A DNA stretch of 64,000 nucleotides, taken from the NCBI GenBank assembly GCA_047692235.1, contig JBLLJR010000003.1, positions 59,599-123,598 on the forward strand. Direction: 5' to 3'. A model generated the notes under the pieces. It saw only the letters and a program-made list of their open reading frames with translations, was not told the DNA's origin and did not search any database. This document shows, one piece after another, positions 32,925-44,434 of the stretch. The translations under genes were made by a program, and so were the position numbers. Source of the DNA: Enterobacterales bacterium. Lineage in GTDB: Bacteria; Pseudomonadota; Gammaproteobacteria; Enterobacterales; Enterobacteriaceae. Each line of letters opens with the position of its first letter. Position 1 is the first letter of the stretch.

Positions 32925-32977
32925 ATAGATTATATTTATTTGTATTTTTTCATGTTTAATGAAAGGTATATTTTATT

Positions 32978-34147
32978 TTGTTTATAGTTAGATTTTTATT
33001 AGTAATATTTTTAGTATTTTTAATATCTGGATGTGTATCTTTCAATATAATAAATAAAAATAATAAATCATTAGATATTTTTAATACTTATAAAGTATCA
33101 GTATTATGGAGTTACAATATCAAATACGATAATAACATTATATATTCATATTTACATCCAATGATATATAATAATTTTCTTTTTATACCTTATTACAATG
33201 GTGTAATAAAACGTTTGAATATCCAAAATGGATATGAAGTTTCTTCTATTAATGTTTTTAAAAAAAAACAATTTTTTTCCCAAAAAAAAACAAAACTTTC
33301 TGGTGGATTATATATTTATAATGACATTCTATATATAGGAAGTAAAAATAATAAAATTTATGCTATTAATATAAAAAATGGTAAACCCTTATGGGTTAGT
33401 TCAACTGATGGAAATATTTTATCAACGCCTATTATAAATAATAAATTATTATTAATACATACTAGTCATGGTAAATTACAAGCTTTTGATAGTAAATGTG
33501 GAAAATTAAAATGGACAGTTAATTTAAATGTTTCTATGTTCTCTATTAGAAAACAATCTTCTCCTGTTATATATTTTAGAAAAATTCTTGTAGGCGATAA
33601 TAGTGGATTATTACATTTAATTTCGTATACAGGAGATATAATATGGTCAAAACGTATTTCTAAGCCATTAAAAAATGATTTAACATTTAAAATATATGAT
33701 ATACAATCAACTCCTGTTGTATTAAACAATATTGTATATGCTATAGCTTATAATGGATATTTAGTATCATTAAATATTGAAAATGGAAATATTATATGGC
33801 TAAAAAATATAGGATCATTACATGATTTATTTATATATAAAAATTGTCTTTATTTAATGGATAGACATAATACAATATTGGCAATTAATATTTATACAGG
33901 TAATATAATATGGAAAAATGTAAAGTTATCAATAGGCAATATTACATCTCCTATATTATATAAACATACTATAATAATAGGTGACTCTTATGGATATTTA
34001 TATATTTTAAATATTAAAAATGGAAAATTATTAGCTAAATATAAAATAGATAATAATCGTTTATTATATATTATTTTACTTAACAAGAATGAATTAATTA
34101 TTCAATCTAGTAAAAAAGTTTTTTGTTTATCTATAAAATTACATTAA
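32978..34147 (+). CDS. bamB: outer-membrane protein assembly lipoprotein BamB
   Basis: 389-aa ORF with a TTG start and the lipobox LISGC. The beta-propeller repeats are colinear with E. coli BamB (LSGG..YIGS, LIHTSHGKLQAFD, GKLKWTV). Confidence 0.85.
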   Translation: MFIVRFLLVIFLVFLISGCVSFNIINKNNKSLDIFNTYKVSVLWSYNIKYDNNIIYSYLHPMIYNNFLFIPYYNGVIKRLNIQNGYEVSSINVFKKKQFFSQKKTKLSGGLYIYNDILYIGSKNNKIYAINIKNGKPLWVSSTDGNILSTPIINNKLLLIHTSHGKLQAFDSKCGKLKWTVNLNVSMFSIRKQSSPVIYFRKILVGDNSGLLHLISYTGDIIWSKRISKPLKNDLTFKIYDIQSTPVVLNNIVYAIAYNGYLVSLNIENGNIIWLKNIGSLHDLFIYKNCLYLMDRHNTILAINIYTGNIIWKNVKLSIGNITSPILYKHTIIIGDSYGYLYILNIKNGKLLAKYKIDNNRLLYIILLNKNELIIQSSKKVFCLSIKLH

Positions 34148-34245
34148 TTATAAATTATTTATAAAATATAATCTTAACTTTTAAGTTAAGACCAAAAAAA
34201 TTTTATTAAAATATTTAAATTTAATAAAAATTTACCATTAATAAA

Positions 34246-35640
34246 ATGAAACCCATAATAAGTTTAATTGGAAGACAAAATGTAGGAAAATCTACATTAT
34301 TTAATAGATTAACACGCAATAATGATGCTATTGTATCTAATTTTCCTGGTTTAACCATAGATCGTAAATATGGTGTGGCAATATGGAAAAATTTTAATTT
34401 TATTGTAATAGATACATATGGAATTGATCAATTTATATCAGAAAACAATAAAAATAATAACATACATCAGTCTTGTTTAGCAATTGAAGAATCAAATATA
34501 ATATTTTTTATAGTTAATGGTAAAGATGGTATTGTTCCAATTGATATTGATATTTCAAATTATTTACGTTTAAAAAATAAAAATACAATTTTAATTGTAA
34601 ACAAAGTAGATACAAAAAATATTTATAATGAAATAGGAGAATTTTATAAATTAAAAATATCAAATAAAATTTTTCCAATTATTGCTTCAAATGGGAAAGG
34701 TATAAATGCATTATTAAATTATGTTTTTTTATCGAAGTTTTTCAAAAAATTACATATAAAAGATGTAAATAAAAATAATCAAATTTTTAATAATTTAAAT
34801 ATATTAAAATATGAAAAGAAAATAAAGAATTCAAATATAATAATTTCTATTATAGGAAAACCTAATGTAGGAAAATCTTCTATTTTAAATAGAATTGTTG
34901 GTACAAATCGTATGGTAGTCAATAAAAATCCGGGAACAACAAGAGATAAAATTAGTGTTTCAATAGTTTTTAATAACAATCAATATGTTTTTATAGATAC
35001 AGCTGGCATTCGTAGAAATAAATCTATATTAAATAATATTGAAAAATATTCAATTAATAAAACAATTAATGCTATAGAAAATTCTAATATTTCATTATTA
35101 ATAATTAATGCAAAAGAAATGGTATCAAAGTTTGATTTATCTCTATTGAATTTAATTATAAAAAAAGGAAAATCTGTAATTGTAATAGTAAATAAATGTG
35201 ATTTAATTCGTTCTAGAAAAATACTGAATGATATAAAAGATATATTAAATAAAAAACTTAACTTAATTAAGTTAAATAAAATTCATTTTATTTCGGCTTT
35301 ATATAGTAATATTAATAATATAGAAAATATATTTAAATCTATTGATTTAATTAATAAACACGCTAATTTTAAGGTTAATACATCAATTTTAACAAAAATT
35401 ATGCATAAAGCGATAAAGCATAATCAACCACCTTTAATATGTGGAAAAAGAATAAAACCTAAATATGCCCATTTAGGAGGACATAATCCTACAGTAATAG
35501 TAATTCATGGTAATAAAGTACAAAGTTTAAATAATATATATAAGCGTTATTTAGTGAAATATTTCCGAAATTTTTTAAACATTAAAGGTACACCAATTTT
35601 AATTAAATGTATAAATAATAATAATCCATTTTTAAATTAA
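34246..35640 (+). CDS. der: ribosome-associated GTPase Der (EngA)
   Basis: 464-aa ORF with two tandem G domains (GRQNVGKSTLFN / NKVD and GKPNVGKSSILN / DTAG / NKCD). Confidence 0.93.
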   Translation: MKPIISLIGRQNVGKSTLFNRLTRNNDAIVSNFPGLTIDRKYGVAIWKNFNFIVIDTYGIDQFISENNKNNNIHQSCLAIEESNIIFFIVNGKDGIVPIDIDISNYLRLKNKNTILIVNKVDTKNIYNEIGEFYKLKISNKIFPIIASNGKGINALLNYVFLSKFFKKLHIKDVNKNNQIFNNLNILKYEKKIKNSNIIISIIGKPNVGKSSILNRIVGTNRMVVNKNPGTTRDKISVSIVFNNNQYVFIDTAGIRRNKSILNNIEKYSINKTINAIENSNISLLIINAKEMVSKFDLSLLNLIIKKGKSVIVIVNKCDLIRSRKILNDIKDILNKKLNLIKLNKIHFISALYSNINNIENIFKSIDLINKHANFKVNTSILTKIMHKAIKHNQPPLICGKRIKPKYAHLGGHNPTVIVIHGNKVQSLNNIYKRYLVKYFRNFLNIKGTPILIKCINNNNPFLN

Positions 35641-35641
35641 A

Positions 35642-36241
35642 TTATTTGAAAAATACAAATTGGTTTTTTTCATATTTATAAATTAAATCTTCATTTTTCA
35701 TAGTATCATCTATATGATCATATTTTTTATTAATAAAATCAAGTTGTAATTTATCTATATCAAAATTATAATAGCTATTATTGATAGAAATAACTTTTTT
35801 TTGTGTATCAACTAAACAATGTATTCCTTCGTTTAATTTTACTATTTTAAATAATTCATCTATATTTTTAGGTGATAATGAAATTAATAATAAACCATTA
35901 TTTATACTGTTATTATAAAATATATCAGAAAAAGATGTAGAAATAATCACATTAAATCCATAATCCATTAATGCCCATACTGCATGTTCACGAGAAGATC
36001 CACAACCAAAATTTTCTCTGGTTAGTAAAATACTAGAATTAATAAAACATTTTTTATTTAAAATAAAATTTGGATTTAATGTATAATTATCTTTTAAAAA
36101 ACGCCAATTTTTAAATACATGCTTACCAAAACCAATACGAGTAATTTCTTTTAAAAATTGTTTAGGAATAATAATATCTGTATCTATATTAGAATAATCT
36201 AGTGGAGCAATTATACCTTTATGTTTAAAATATTTTTTCAT
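35642..36241 (-). CDS. leuD: 3-isopropylmalate dehydratase small subunit
   Basis: 199-aa ORF with the NFGCGSSREHA block, immediately downstream of leuC. Confidence 0.93.
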   Translation of the reverse strand: MKKYFKHKGIIAPLDYSNIDTDIIIPKQFLKEITRIGFGKHVFKNWRFLKDNYTLNPNFILNKKCFINSSILLTRENFGCGSSREHAVWALMDYGFNVIISTSFSDIFYNNSINNGLLLISLSPKNIDELFKIVKLNEGIHCLVDTQKKVISINNSYYNFDIDKLQLDFINKKYDHIDDTMKNEDLIYKYEKNQFVFFK

Positions 36242-36246
36242 ATTTA

Positions 36247-37662
36247 TTAAATTTTTTTACCTTTATTTAAAAAATATTGAATATTTGTAAATTTACCAAT
36301 TATTGCAGATGCTGAAGCCATAGCTGGACTTAATAGATGAGTTCTACCCCCTCTACCTTGTCTACCTTCAAAGTTTCGATTACTTGTTGATGCACATCTT
36401 TCTCCAAATCTTAATTTATCATTGTTCATTGCTAAACACATAGAGCACCCTGGTAATCTCCACTCAAATCCAGCATTTATAAATATTTTGTCTAAACCTT
36501 CTTTTTCTGCTTGTAATTTTACAGGACCTGATCCTGGCACTATTATCGCTTGAACTCCATTAGCTACATAATTTCTATAAGCAATTGCAGCAGCATGTCT
36601 TAAATCTTCTATTCTAGCATTAGTACAGGAACCAATAAATACTTTGTCAATTTTTATATCAGTTAAATATGTTCCTGGTTTTAAATTCATATAATTTAAA
36701 GCAGTTATTGCAGAATTTTGTTCAACTGGATCATCAAAAAATTCCGGATAAGGAATTTTTTGATTAATTCCAATTACTTGACTAGGATTAGTTCCCCAAG
36801 TAACTTGTGGATAAGTATTGCTTACATTAATTTTAATTATTTTATCAAAAAATGCATCTTTATCAGATTTTAATGTTTCCCAATATTTTATAGCTTTATC
36901 CCATAATATATCTTTTGGTGAAAATTTACGATTTTTTAAATATAAATACGTTTTTTTATCTGGCGCTATTAATCCAGATTTAGCTCCCATTTCTACAGAC
37001 ATATTACATAATGTCATGCGTCCTTCCATACTCATTGAATTAATTACATTTCCAGAAAATTCTATTATATATCCACTTCCACCAGAAGATCCAATTTTAC
37101 CTATAATGAAAAGAGCAATATCTTTAGGAGTAATTCCATAATTTATTTCTCCTGTAATTTCTATTTTCATATTTTTATATCGTTTTTGTTTTAATGTTTG
37201 TGTAGCCAAAACATGTTCGACCTCTGATGTTCCTATACCAAACGATAAAGCTCCAAATGCACCATGAGTAGAAGTATGAGAATCTCCACATACAACTGTC
37301 ATACCTGGTAAAATTATTCCTTGTTCTGGACCTATAACATGTACTATTCCTTGATTGGGATGATTTAAATCATATAATGTAATTCCAAAATCATAACAAT
37401 TTTTAATAAGTTGTTGCATTTGAATTTTAGCTAATTTTCCACATGCATTTATATCTTTAGTTAAAGTAGATACATTATGATCCATAGTAGCAAATGTTTT
37501 ACTAGGTTGACGTACAGTTCTATTTTTAAATTTTAAGCTTTCAAAAGCTTGAGGAGAAGTAACTTCATGTAATAAATGACGATCAATATATAGTAATGTA
37601 TTTGCATATGATTCATGGACTATATGTGAATCATATAATTTTTCATATAATGATTTACCCAT
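36247..37662 (-). CDS. leuC: 3-isopropylmalate dehydratase large subunit
   Basis: 471-aa ORF with aconitase-family blocks [18 protein letters not shown] and GCSMCLAMN (cluster ligands). Confidence 0.95.
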   Translation of the reverse strand: MGKSLYEKLYDSHIVHESYANTLLYIDRHLLHEVTSPQAFESLKFKNRTVRQPSKTFATMDHNVSTLTKDINACGKLAKIQMQQLIKNCYDFGITLYDLNHPNQGIVHVIGPEQGIILPGMTVVCGDSHTSTHGAFGALSFGIGTSEVEHVLATQTLKQKRYKNMKIEITGEINYGITPKDIALFIIGKIGSSGGSGYIIEFSGNVINSMSMEGRMTLCNMSVEMGAKSGLIAPDKKTYLYLKNRKFSPKDILWDKAIKYWETLKSDKDAFFDKIIKINVSNTYPQVTWGTNPSQVIGINQKIPYPEFFDDPVEQNSAITALNYMNLKPGTYLTDIKIDKVFIGSCTNARIEDLRHAAAIAYRNYVANGVQAIIVPGSGPVKLQAEKEGLDKIFINAGFEWRLPGCSMCLAMNNDKLRFGERCASTSNRNFEGRQGRGGRTHLLSPAMASASAIIGKFTNIQYFLNKGKKI

Positions 37663-37667
37663 AAATA

Positions 37668-38759
37668 TTATACCTTTTCAATTAAATTAGATATTATATC
37701 TCCTACTTCTTCAGTTCCTAGTGATAATGTACTATCACTAGTAATATCTATTGTACATTGTTTATTTTTTATAGATTGTTCTACTGCTTTATATATAGCA
37801 TGAGCGGCTTCATGTAAGCCAAAACTATATTTTAACATTAAACTAACAGATAAAATTTGTCCTATTGGATTTGCTATATTCATACCAGCAATATCAGGAG
37901 CAGAGCCTCCAGCTGGTTCATATAATCCAAATCCTTTAGAATTTAAACTAGCAGAAGGAAGTAATCCTATAGAACCAGAAATCATAGCACAAGCATCAGA
38001 AATTATGTCACCAAATAAATTTGAACATAAAATTACATCAAATATATATGGATTTTTAATTAATTGCATGATTGCATTATCAATATATAAATGAGTTAAT
38101 GATATTTCTGGATAATTTTTACTAATTTTATTTACTATATCTCTCCATAACATTGAACTATATAATACATTGGATTTATCTATTGATGTAACTTTTTTTG
38201 ATCTTTTTTTTGCAATATCAAACGCTACTTTTGTTATTCTTTCTATTTCAAATGTATAATAAATTTTAGTATCAAAAGCATATTCATTAGAATCTTTTCC
38301 ATATCTTCCTTTTGGTTGACCGAAATATATACCTCCCGTTAATTCTCGAACACATAATATATCAAATCCATGAGATGCAATATCATCTCTTAACATACAA
38401 ATATTGTATAAATTATTATATAATTTAATTGGTCGTAAATTTGCAAATAATTTAAAATGTTTTCGTAAAGTTAATAATGCTGCTCTTTCTGGTTGTTTTA
38501 AGGGGTCTAAATTTTGCCACTTAGGACCTCCAACAGAACCAAATAAAATTGCATCTGATTTCTCACAACCTAACAAAGTACTTTTTGGTAAAGCATATCC
38601 ACAATTATCAATTGCTACTCCGCCAACATCGTATTCATGAGTAATTATATTTAATTTAAATTTATTATTTATAGTATGTATAACTTTGTAAGCTTGTTTT
38701 ATTAATTCTGGACCAATTCCATCCCCTGGAAGAACTGCAACATTGTATGTTTTATTCAT
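37668..38759 (-). CDS. leuB: 3-isopropylmalate dehydrogenase
   Basis: 363-aa ORF with [19 protein letters not shown] and [12 protein letters not shown] blocks. Confidence 0.95.
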   Translation of the reverse strand: MNKTYNVAVLPGDGIGPELIKQAYKVIHTINNKFKLNIITHEYDVGGVAIDNCGYALPKSTLLGCEKSDAILFGSVGGPKWQNLDPLKQPERAALLTLRKHFKLFANLRPIKLYNNLYNICMLRDDIASHGFDILCVRELTGGIYFGQPKGRYGKDSNEYAFDTKIYYTFEIERITKVAFDIAKKRSKKVTSIDKSNVLYSSMLWRDIVNKISKNYPEISLTHLYIDNAIMQLIKNPYIFDVILCSNLFGDIISDACAMISGSIGLLPSASLNSKGFGLYEPAGGSAPDIAGMNIANPIGQILSVSLMLKYSFGLHEAAHAIYKAVEQSIKNKQCTIDITSDSTLSLGTEEVGDIISNLIEKV

Positions 38760-38804
38760 TATTAACTATACCATAATATGTTATTAACAATAATTTTATT
38801 CGAA

Positions 38805-40349
38805 TTATGTTTTTTTATTTAAAAAAGTTTTAATTTTTTTATATCTCCAAATATTATTTAAAGTACTAATAATTGCATTAATTGTAGATTCAAAAATATC
38901 ATTTGATATTTCAGAACCATAATAATATTTATTATTATGTTTAATAGTTATATTAACTTTATTTAGTATATTCAAGTTGTTTTTTTTTTCAGTTATAATA
39001 TATTTTTTTATATTAAAATTAAAATTAGTAATTTTTTTTATTGCTTTACATATAGTGTTTATTGATCCATTATCTATATATATAGTTTCTTTAATTTCAT
39101 CACCACATTTCATATTTATTAATACAATAGATGTTTTTGTAGAACATGATTGTATATTAAAATAATTTAAGTAAAAGTAATTTTTTAATATATATTCATC
39201 ATAATTATCTAATAATGCTAATGCTTCAAGATCATAGTCAAAAATTTGACCTTTTTTATCAGCAAATTTTAAAAATTTTTTATATAACTTATTAATATCA
39301 AAATCATTTTTATGATATCCTAAAGATGACATAATATATTTAATTGCTGATCGTCCTGATCTAGCTGTAAGATTTAATTTTGTTAATTTTGCTCCTATAT
39401 TTTTTGGATTTATTATTTCATAATTTTCTCTATTTTTTAATATTCCATCTTGATGTATACCAGATGAATGCGTAAATGCATTTGTTCCTACTATAGGTTT
39501 ATGATCTGGAATTGGTATATTACATAATTCACTAACAATTTTACTTGTATTATAAATTTCTTTATAGTTTATTGATGTATGTAAATTTAAATCATTTCTT
39601 ACTTTAATTGCCATTACTACTTCTTCAATAGCAGCGTTACCAGCTCTTTCTCCTATTCCATTTATTGTTCCTTCTATTTGACGAGCTCCAGCTTGAATTG
39701 CAGTAACTGAATTACCAACTGCCATTCCTAAATCATTGTGACAATGAACTGAAATAATTGCTTTATCAATATTTGGAACTTTATTACATAATTGAGATAT
39801 AATTGAATTATATTGCATAGGAGTAGAATATCCTACAGTATCTGGAAAATTAATAGTCTTAGCTCCTGCATTAATCGCAAATTCTGTAATTCTACATAAA
39901 TTATCGATGTTAGTTCTACAAGCATCTTCACATGAAAATTCAATATCATCTGTATGATGTCTCGCAAACTTAATTGATTTTATAGCCATATTTACGATTT
40001 CGTCAAAATTTTTATTTAATTTAGATTTAATCTGTAAATTAGATGTAGGTAAAAATATATGCAAACGAAATGTTTCAGCACTACTTAGAGCTTCTACTGC
40101 AATTTCAATATCTTTATTTATACATCTTGATAATCCACATATTATACTATTCTTAATTTTTTTAGAAATTATATTAACAGATTTAAAATCTTCTGGAGAA
40201 GACACAGGAAATCCAGCTTCAATAATATCAACGCCCATTTTTTCTAAAGCTAATGCAATTATTAATTTTGATTTTATTGTTAAACTAGATTTTAAAGATT
40301 GTTCTCCATCTCGTAGAGTTGTGTCAAAAATAATTATTTTTTGACTCAT
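38805..40349 (-). CDS. leuA: 2-isopropylmalate synthase
   Basis: 514-aa ORF with [21 protein letters not shown] and the C-terminal regulatory domain. Confidence 0.95.
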   Translation of the reverse strand: MSQKIIIFDTTLRDGEQSLKSSLTIKSKLIIALALEKMGVDIIEAGFPVSSPEDFKSVNIISKKIKNSIICGLSRCINKDIEIAVEALSSAETFRLHIFLPTSNLQIKSKLNKNFDEIVNMAIKSIKFARHHTDDIEFSCEDACRTNIDNLCRITEFAINAGAKTINFPDTVGYSTPMQYNSIISQLCNKVPNIDKAIISVHCHNDLGMAVGNSVTAIQAGARQIEGTINGIGERAGNAAIEEVVMAIKVRNDLNLHTSINYKEIYNTSKIVSELCNIPIPDHKPIVGTNAFTHSSGIHQDGILKNRENYEIINPKNIGAKLTKLNLTARSGRSAIKYIMSSLGYHKNDFDINKLYKKFLKFADKKGQIFDYDLEALALLDNYDEYILKNYFYLNYFNIQSCSTKTSIVLINMKCGDEIKETIYIDNGSINTICKAIKKITNFNFNIKKYIITEKKNNLNILNKVNITIKHNNKYYYGSEISNDIFESTINAIISTLNNIWRYKKIKTFLNKKT

Positions 40350-40560
40350 AATAAATGATATCCTTAATTTATAAATTATGTTATATAATATAAAATTAAT
40401 AAATTTTATTAATTTTAACTTAAATTTAAAATTATATATAACATTATATATTCTCTGTATTAATATACATTGTTTTAATTTTATCTAAAGTACATTTAAA
40501 TAATTTATATTTACTAAACAGATTAATTAATAACATTAATGTTTAAATAATATAAAAATC

Positions 40561-41502
40561 ATGAAAAAAAAATTTAATAATAAAATACATGTTTCAGTTT
40601 TATTAAAAGAAAGTATATATTCTTTAAATATTAAACCAAACGGTATTTATATTGATGGTACATTTGGTGCTGGTGGTCATTCTCGTTTAATTTTATCAAA
40701 ATTAAATAAACATGGAAAATTATTTGCTATTGATAGAGATCCAGATGCTATAAAAATAGCTAAAGATATATACGATTCTAGATTATATGTTTTACATAAA
40801 CCATTTTCTAAAATAAAATTTTGTATGGATAAATTATGTTTATTAGGTAAAATTGATGGTATTATTTTAGATCTTGGAATGTCTGGATTACAAATTCAAA
40901 ATCCTAATCGTGGTTTTTCATTTATGCATAATGGACCATTAGATATGAGAATGGATTATACTATAGGTTATTCAGCTAAAGAATGGTTATTAAATGCTAA
41001 TTTTGATACTATATGTTTAGTATTGAAAAAATTTGGTGAAGAACGTTTTTATAAACAAATATCCCATGCTTTATTAAAAAATAAACATTCTTTAGATACA
41101 ACAATAAAATTAGCAAATTTAATTAAAAATACGTTACCATTTTATTATAGAAATAAACATCCAGCAACAAGAACTTTTCAAGCTATTCGTATTTATATAA
41201 ATAATGAATTAGAAGAAATTAAAAAAATATTGATTGATTCATTAAATATATTAAATATTGGTGGTAGATTATCTATTATTAGTTTTAATTCATTAGAAGA
41301 TAGAATAGTAAAAAACTTTATTAAAAAATTTAGTAAACCTGAAATTCCATTAGGATTACCTATCACAGAACAACAAATATTAAAGCAATATCAACATATT
41401 TTTAAATTAATATCTTTTAATAAAATATATCCATCAATTAAAGAAATTAAAAATAATCCCAGCGCTAGAAGTGCAATATTAAGATATGCTGAAAAAATTT
41501 AG
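40561..41502 (+). CDS. rsmH: 16S rRNA m4C1402 methyltransferase
   Basis: 313-aa ORF with HVSVLL, DGTFGAGGHS, LDLGMS, HPATRTFQAIRI and SFNSLEDRIVK, colinear with E. coli RsmH (MraW). Confidence 0.93.
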   Translation: MKKKFNNKIHVSVLLKESIYSLNIKPNGIYIDGTFGAGGHSRLILSKLNKHGKLFAIDRDPDAIKIAKDIYDSRLYVLHKPFSKIKFCMDKLCLLGKIDGIILDLGMSGLQIQNPNRGFSFMHNGPLDMRMDYTIGYSAKEWLLNANFDTICLVLKKFGEERFYKQISHALLKNKHSLDTTIKLANLIKNTLPFYYRNKHPATRTFQAIRIYINNELEEIKKILIDSLNILNIGGRLSIISFNSLEDRIVKNFIKKFSKPEIPLGLPITEQQILKQYQHIFKLISFNKIYPSIKEIKNNPSARSAILRYAEKI

Positions 41503-41913
41503 TTTATTTATTCAAATTACTATAAACATAGTATAATTAATTAATTTTATAAAAATCATAATATAAAATTATATTTTATTAAAAAATAATTAGATTTTTA
41601 AAAATTTTAGGTATATTAGTAATTATTCATTAATTAATGATAATTAAGTATTTTATACTAATTACAAAAATTAGATATATATTAAATTTGATTTAATAAA
41701 TAATATATTATAATCAATAATTATTAATTTAGATATATAAACTATTAATAATAGCTCAGATATTTAATCAATGTTAAATTTATTGTAATATTATTATCTA
41801 TATAACTACTATATAGATATAGCGCACATTATAATATCATGTTTTAGTATATAAACATAATTATATAAATATAATTAATTAAATTTAATTTTGTATTTTT
41901 TTAATAAATAAAT

Positions 41914-44397
41914 ATGGTAAATATGTTCAAAAAATTATTTAAAAATTTTTTTACAAGTGAAAATGATCGTATATTAAATGACATGAAGAAAACAGTAAAT
42001 TCTATAAATATGTTGGAACCTATATGTAGTAAGTTAAGTGATAAAGACATTAAAAAAAAGTTAATAGAATTTAGAAAAAGAATTAATTTAGGTGTGTCTA
42101 TTAATACTTTATTACCTGAAGTATTTGCTATAGTTAAAGAAGCAAATAAACGTGTGTTTAATATACATTTATTTGATTCTCAATTATTGGGAGGCATAGC
42201 CCTTAATAATAGATATATAGCAGAAATGCAAACTGGTGAAGGTAAAACTATTACAGCAACCCTGCCTGCTTATTTAAATGCTATATCCCAGAAAGGAGTG
42301 CATATAATAACAGTTAATGATTATTTATCTAAAAGAGATGCAGAAAACAATCGTCCTTTATTTGAATTTTTAGGGCTTACTGTAGGAGTAAATTTATCTA
42401 ATTCATCTATTGAAGAAAAACGTTTAGCATATAACTCTGATATTACTTATGGTACTAATAATGAATATGCATTTGATTATTTACGAGATAATATGTCATT
42501 TAATATAAAACATCAAGTTCAACGTAAATTACATTACGCAATTATAGATGAAATAGATTCAATATTAATTGATGAATCGAGAACACCATTAATAATTTCT
42601 GGCTCAATAGAAAATAATACTAAAATTTTTAATCAAATAAATGAATTAATATTTAATTTTTTTAAAATGGATAAAAAAAATGTAAGTTATTTTTATATAG
42701 ATGAAAAATATAGGAAAGTTCTTCTTACAGAAGAAGGTTTAATATTAGCAGAAAATTTATTAGTCAGTAAGAAATTTATTAATAAAAATGAATCTTTATA
42801 TTCTGATAAAAATATTATATTTATGGAATATATTATATCAGCAATTAAAGCACATACATTATTTATTAGAAACAAAGATTATATCATAAGAAATGACGAA
42901 ATTGTAATTATTGATGAACATACTGGTAGAGCTACGCCTGGTCGTCGTTGGTCTGATGGATTACATCAAGCAATTGAGGCTAAAGAAAATTTAACTGTTA
43001 GAAACGAAAACTATATTTTAGCATCTATTACATTTCAAAATTATTTTAGATTGTATGAAAAATTATCAGGTATGACAGGTACAGCATATACAGAATCATT
43101 AGAATTTAATGAAATATATAATTTAAAAACAATAGTAATTCCTACTAATAAACCGATGATTAGACAAGATTTACCAGATTTGATATTTATGACTGAAAAA
43201 GAAAAAATATATGCTATTGTACAAGATATTAAATCAAGATTTAAAATTGGCCAACCAGTTTTAGTGGGAACCATTTCTATAGAAAAATCTGAGATTATAT
43301 CAAATGAATTAAAAAAAATTAATATTCCACATAAAATTTTAAATGCTAAATTTCATCAATTAGAAGCAGATATTATAGCACAAGCAGGTCAACTAAAGTC
43401 TATAACTATTTCTACTAATATGGCTGGTAGAGGAACAGATATTGTTTTAGGTGGAAATTTACAAGATAAAATATTAAGATCTAAAAATTCTGATATCAAT
43501 CAAATTAAAATTAATTGGAAAACAAATCATACTAAAGTATTGTCATTAGGAGGATTACATGTAATAGGTACTGAGCGTCATGAATCACGAAGAATAGATA
43601 ATCAATTACGTGGTAGATCTGGAAGACAGGGAGATATAGGGTCATCTAGATTTTATTTATCCATGGAAGATTCGTTAATGAGAATTTTTTTATCTAAAAG
43701 TATAAAAAATATTATGTATACATTTGGTCTTAAATTAAATGAGTCTATTGAGCATCCATTAATTACTAAAGCAATCGCCAGTGCTCAAAAAAAAGTAGAA
43801 AATCATAATTTTAACACTAGAAAGCAGCTATTAGAATATGATAATGTTTTAAATTATCAAAGAATAATTATATATAATAAAAGGAATGAATTTTTAATTT
43901 CAAAAAATTTAGTAAATATTATTAAAGAATTTCGTAATTATACTTTTCAAAAACTTATATCGAAGTATATTCCAATTGATGAAATAGAAGAAAAATGGAA
44001 TGTAGTTAAATTAGAAAATAAATTTTTAAATGAATATGGGTTAAAAGTGCCATTATCAAAATGGATAAATGAAAGTTCAGAAGAAATATTATTTGATTTA
44101 TCTATAAAATTATCAATAAATCAATATGAAACAAATGAAAAAATTTTTGGATCTAATTTAATGAGATATCATGAAAAGAAAATCTTAATAAATACCATTG
44201 ATTGTTTATGGCAAGAACATTTATATGCTATTGAATATATGAGAAAAGGTATACATTTAAGAAGTTATGCTCAAGTAGATCCAAAACAAGAATATCAAAG
44301 AGAATCTTTTATTTTATTTTCTAAAATGTTAAAAACATTTAAATATGAAGTAATTAAAAAAATAAGTAAAATTAATATTTTTTTGGCTAATTTATAA
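41914..44397 (+). CDS. secA: preprotein translocase ATPase SecA (C-terminal zinc finger absent)
   Basis: 827-aa ORF with MQTGEGKT, DEIDSILIDE, TNMAGRGTDI and RIDNQLRGRSGRQGD. It lacks the Cys-rich C-terminal tail of E. coli SecA. ATG 41923 is an alternative start. Confidence 0.95.
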   Translation: MVNMFKKLFKNFFTSENDRILNDMKKTVNSINMLEPICSKLSDKDIKKKLIEFRKRINLGVSINTLLPEVFAIVKEANKRVFNIHLFDSQLLGGIALNNRYIAEMQTGEGKTITATLPAYLNAISQKGVHIITVNDYLSKRDAENNRPLFEFLGLTVGVNLSNSSIEEKRLAYNSDITYGTNNEYAFDYLRDNMSFNIKHQVQRKLHYAIIDEIDSILIDESRTPLIISGSIENNTKIFNQINELIFNFFKMDKKNVSYFYIDEKYRKVLLTEEGLILAENLLVSKKFINKNESLYSDKNIIFMEYIISAIKAHTLFIRNKDYIIRNDEIVIIDEHTGRATPGRRWSDGLHQAIEAKENLTVRNENYILASITFQNYFRLYEKLSGMTGTAYTESLEFNEIYNLKTIVIPTNKPMIRQDLPDLIFMTEKEKIYAIVQDIKSRFKIGQPVLVGTISIEKSEIISNELKKINIPHKILNAKFHQLEADIIAQAGQLKSITISTNMAGRGTDIVLGGNLQDKILRSKNSDINQIKINWKTNHTKVLSLGGLHVIGTERHESRRIDNQLRGRSGRQGDIGSSRFYLSMEDSLMRIFLSKSIKNIMYTFGLKLNESIEHPLITKAIASAQKKVENHNFNTRKQLLEYDNVLNYQRIIIYNKRNEFLISKNLVNIIKEFRNYTFQKLISKYIPIDEIEEKWNVVKLENKFLNEYGLKVPLSKWINESSEEILFDLSIKLSINQYETNEKIFGSNLMRYHEKKILINTIDCLWQEHLYAIEYMRKGIHLRSYAQVDPKQEYQRESFILFSKMLKTFKYEVIKKISKINIFLANL

Positions 44398-44434
44398 AAA
44401 ATACTTTTTAATTAAATAAAATTTCTATATTTTT

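Noticed and set aside
35642-40349. The possibility that leuABCD is plasmid-borne, as in many Buchnera.
   Set aside because: The operon is flanked on both sides by chromosomal genes (der on one side, rsmH-secA on the other) in an E. coli-like arrangement, and no repA or replication genes are present.
40444-40536. A 30-codon minus-strand ORF ([30 protein letters not shown]) about 95 nt upstream of leuA, considered as a leu leader peptide.
   Set aside because: There is no consecutive Leu run, since TTA is simply the commonest codon here. The only downstream hairpins are all-AT and have no T tract, so there is no credible attenuator.
41795-41819. A perfect 10-bp inverted repeat, TATCTATATA-ACTAC-TATATAGATA, in the rsmH-secA spacer.
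   Set aside because: The stem is almost entirely A/T in a very AT-rich spacer, so palindromes of this kind are expected by chance. There is no flanking T tract and no recognisable binding-site family.
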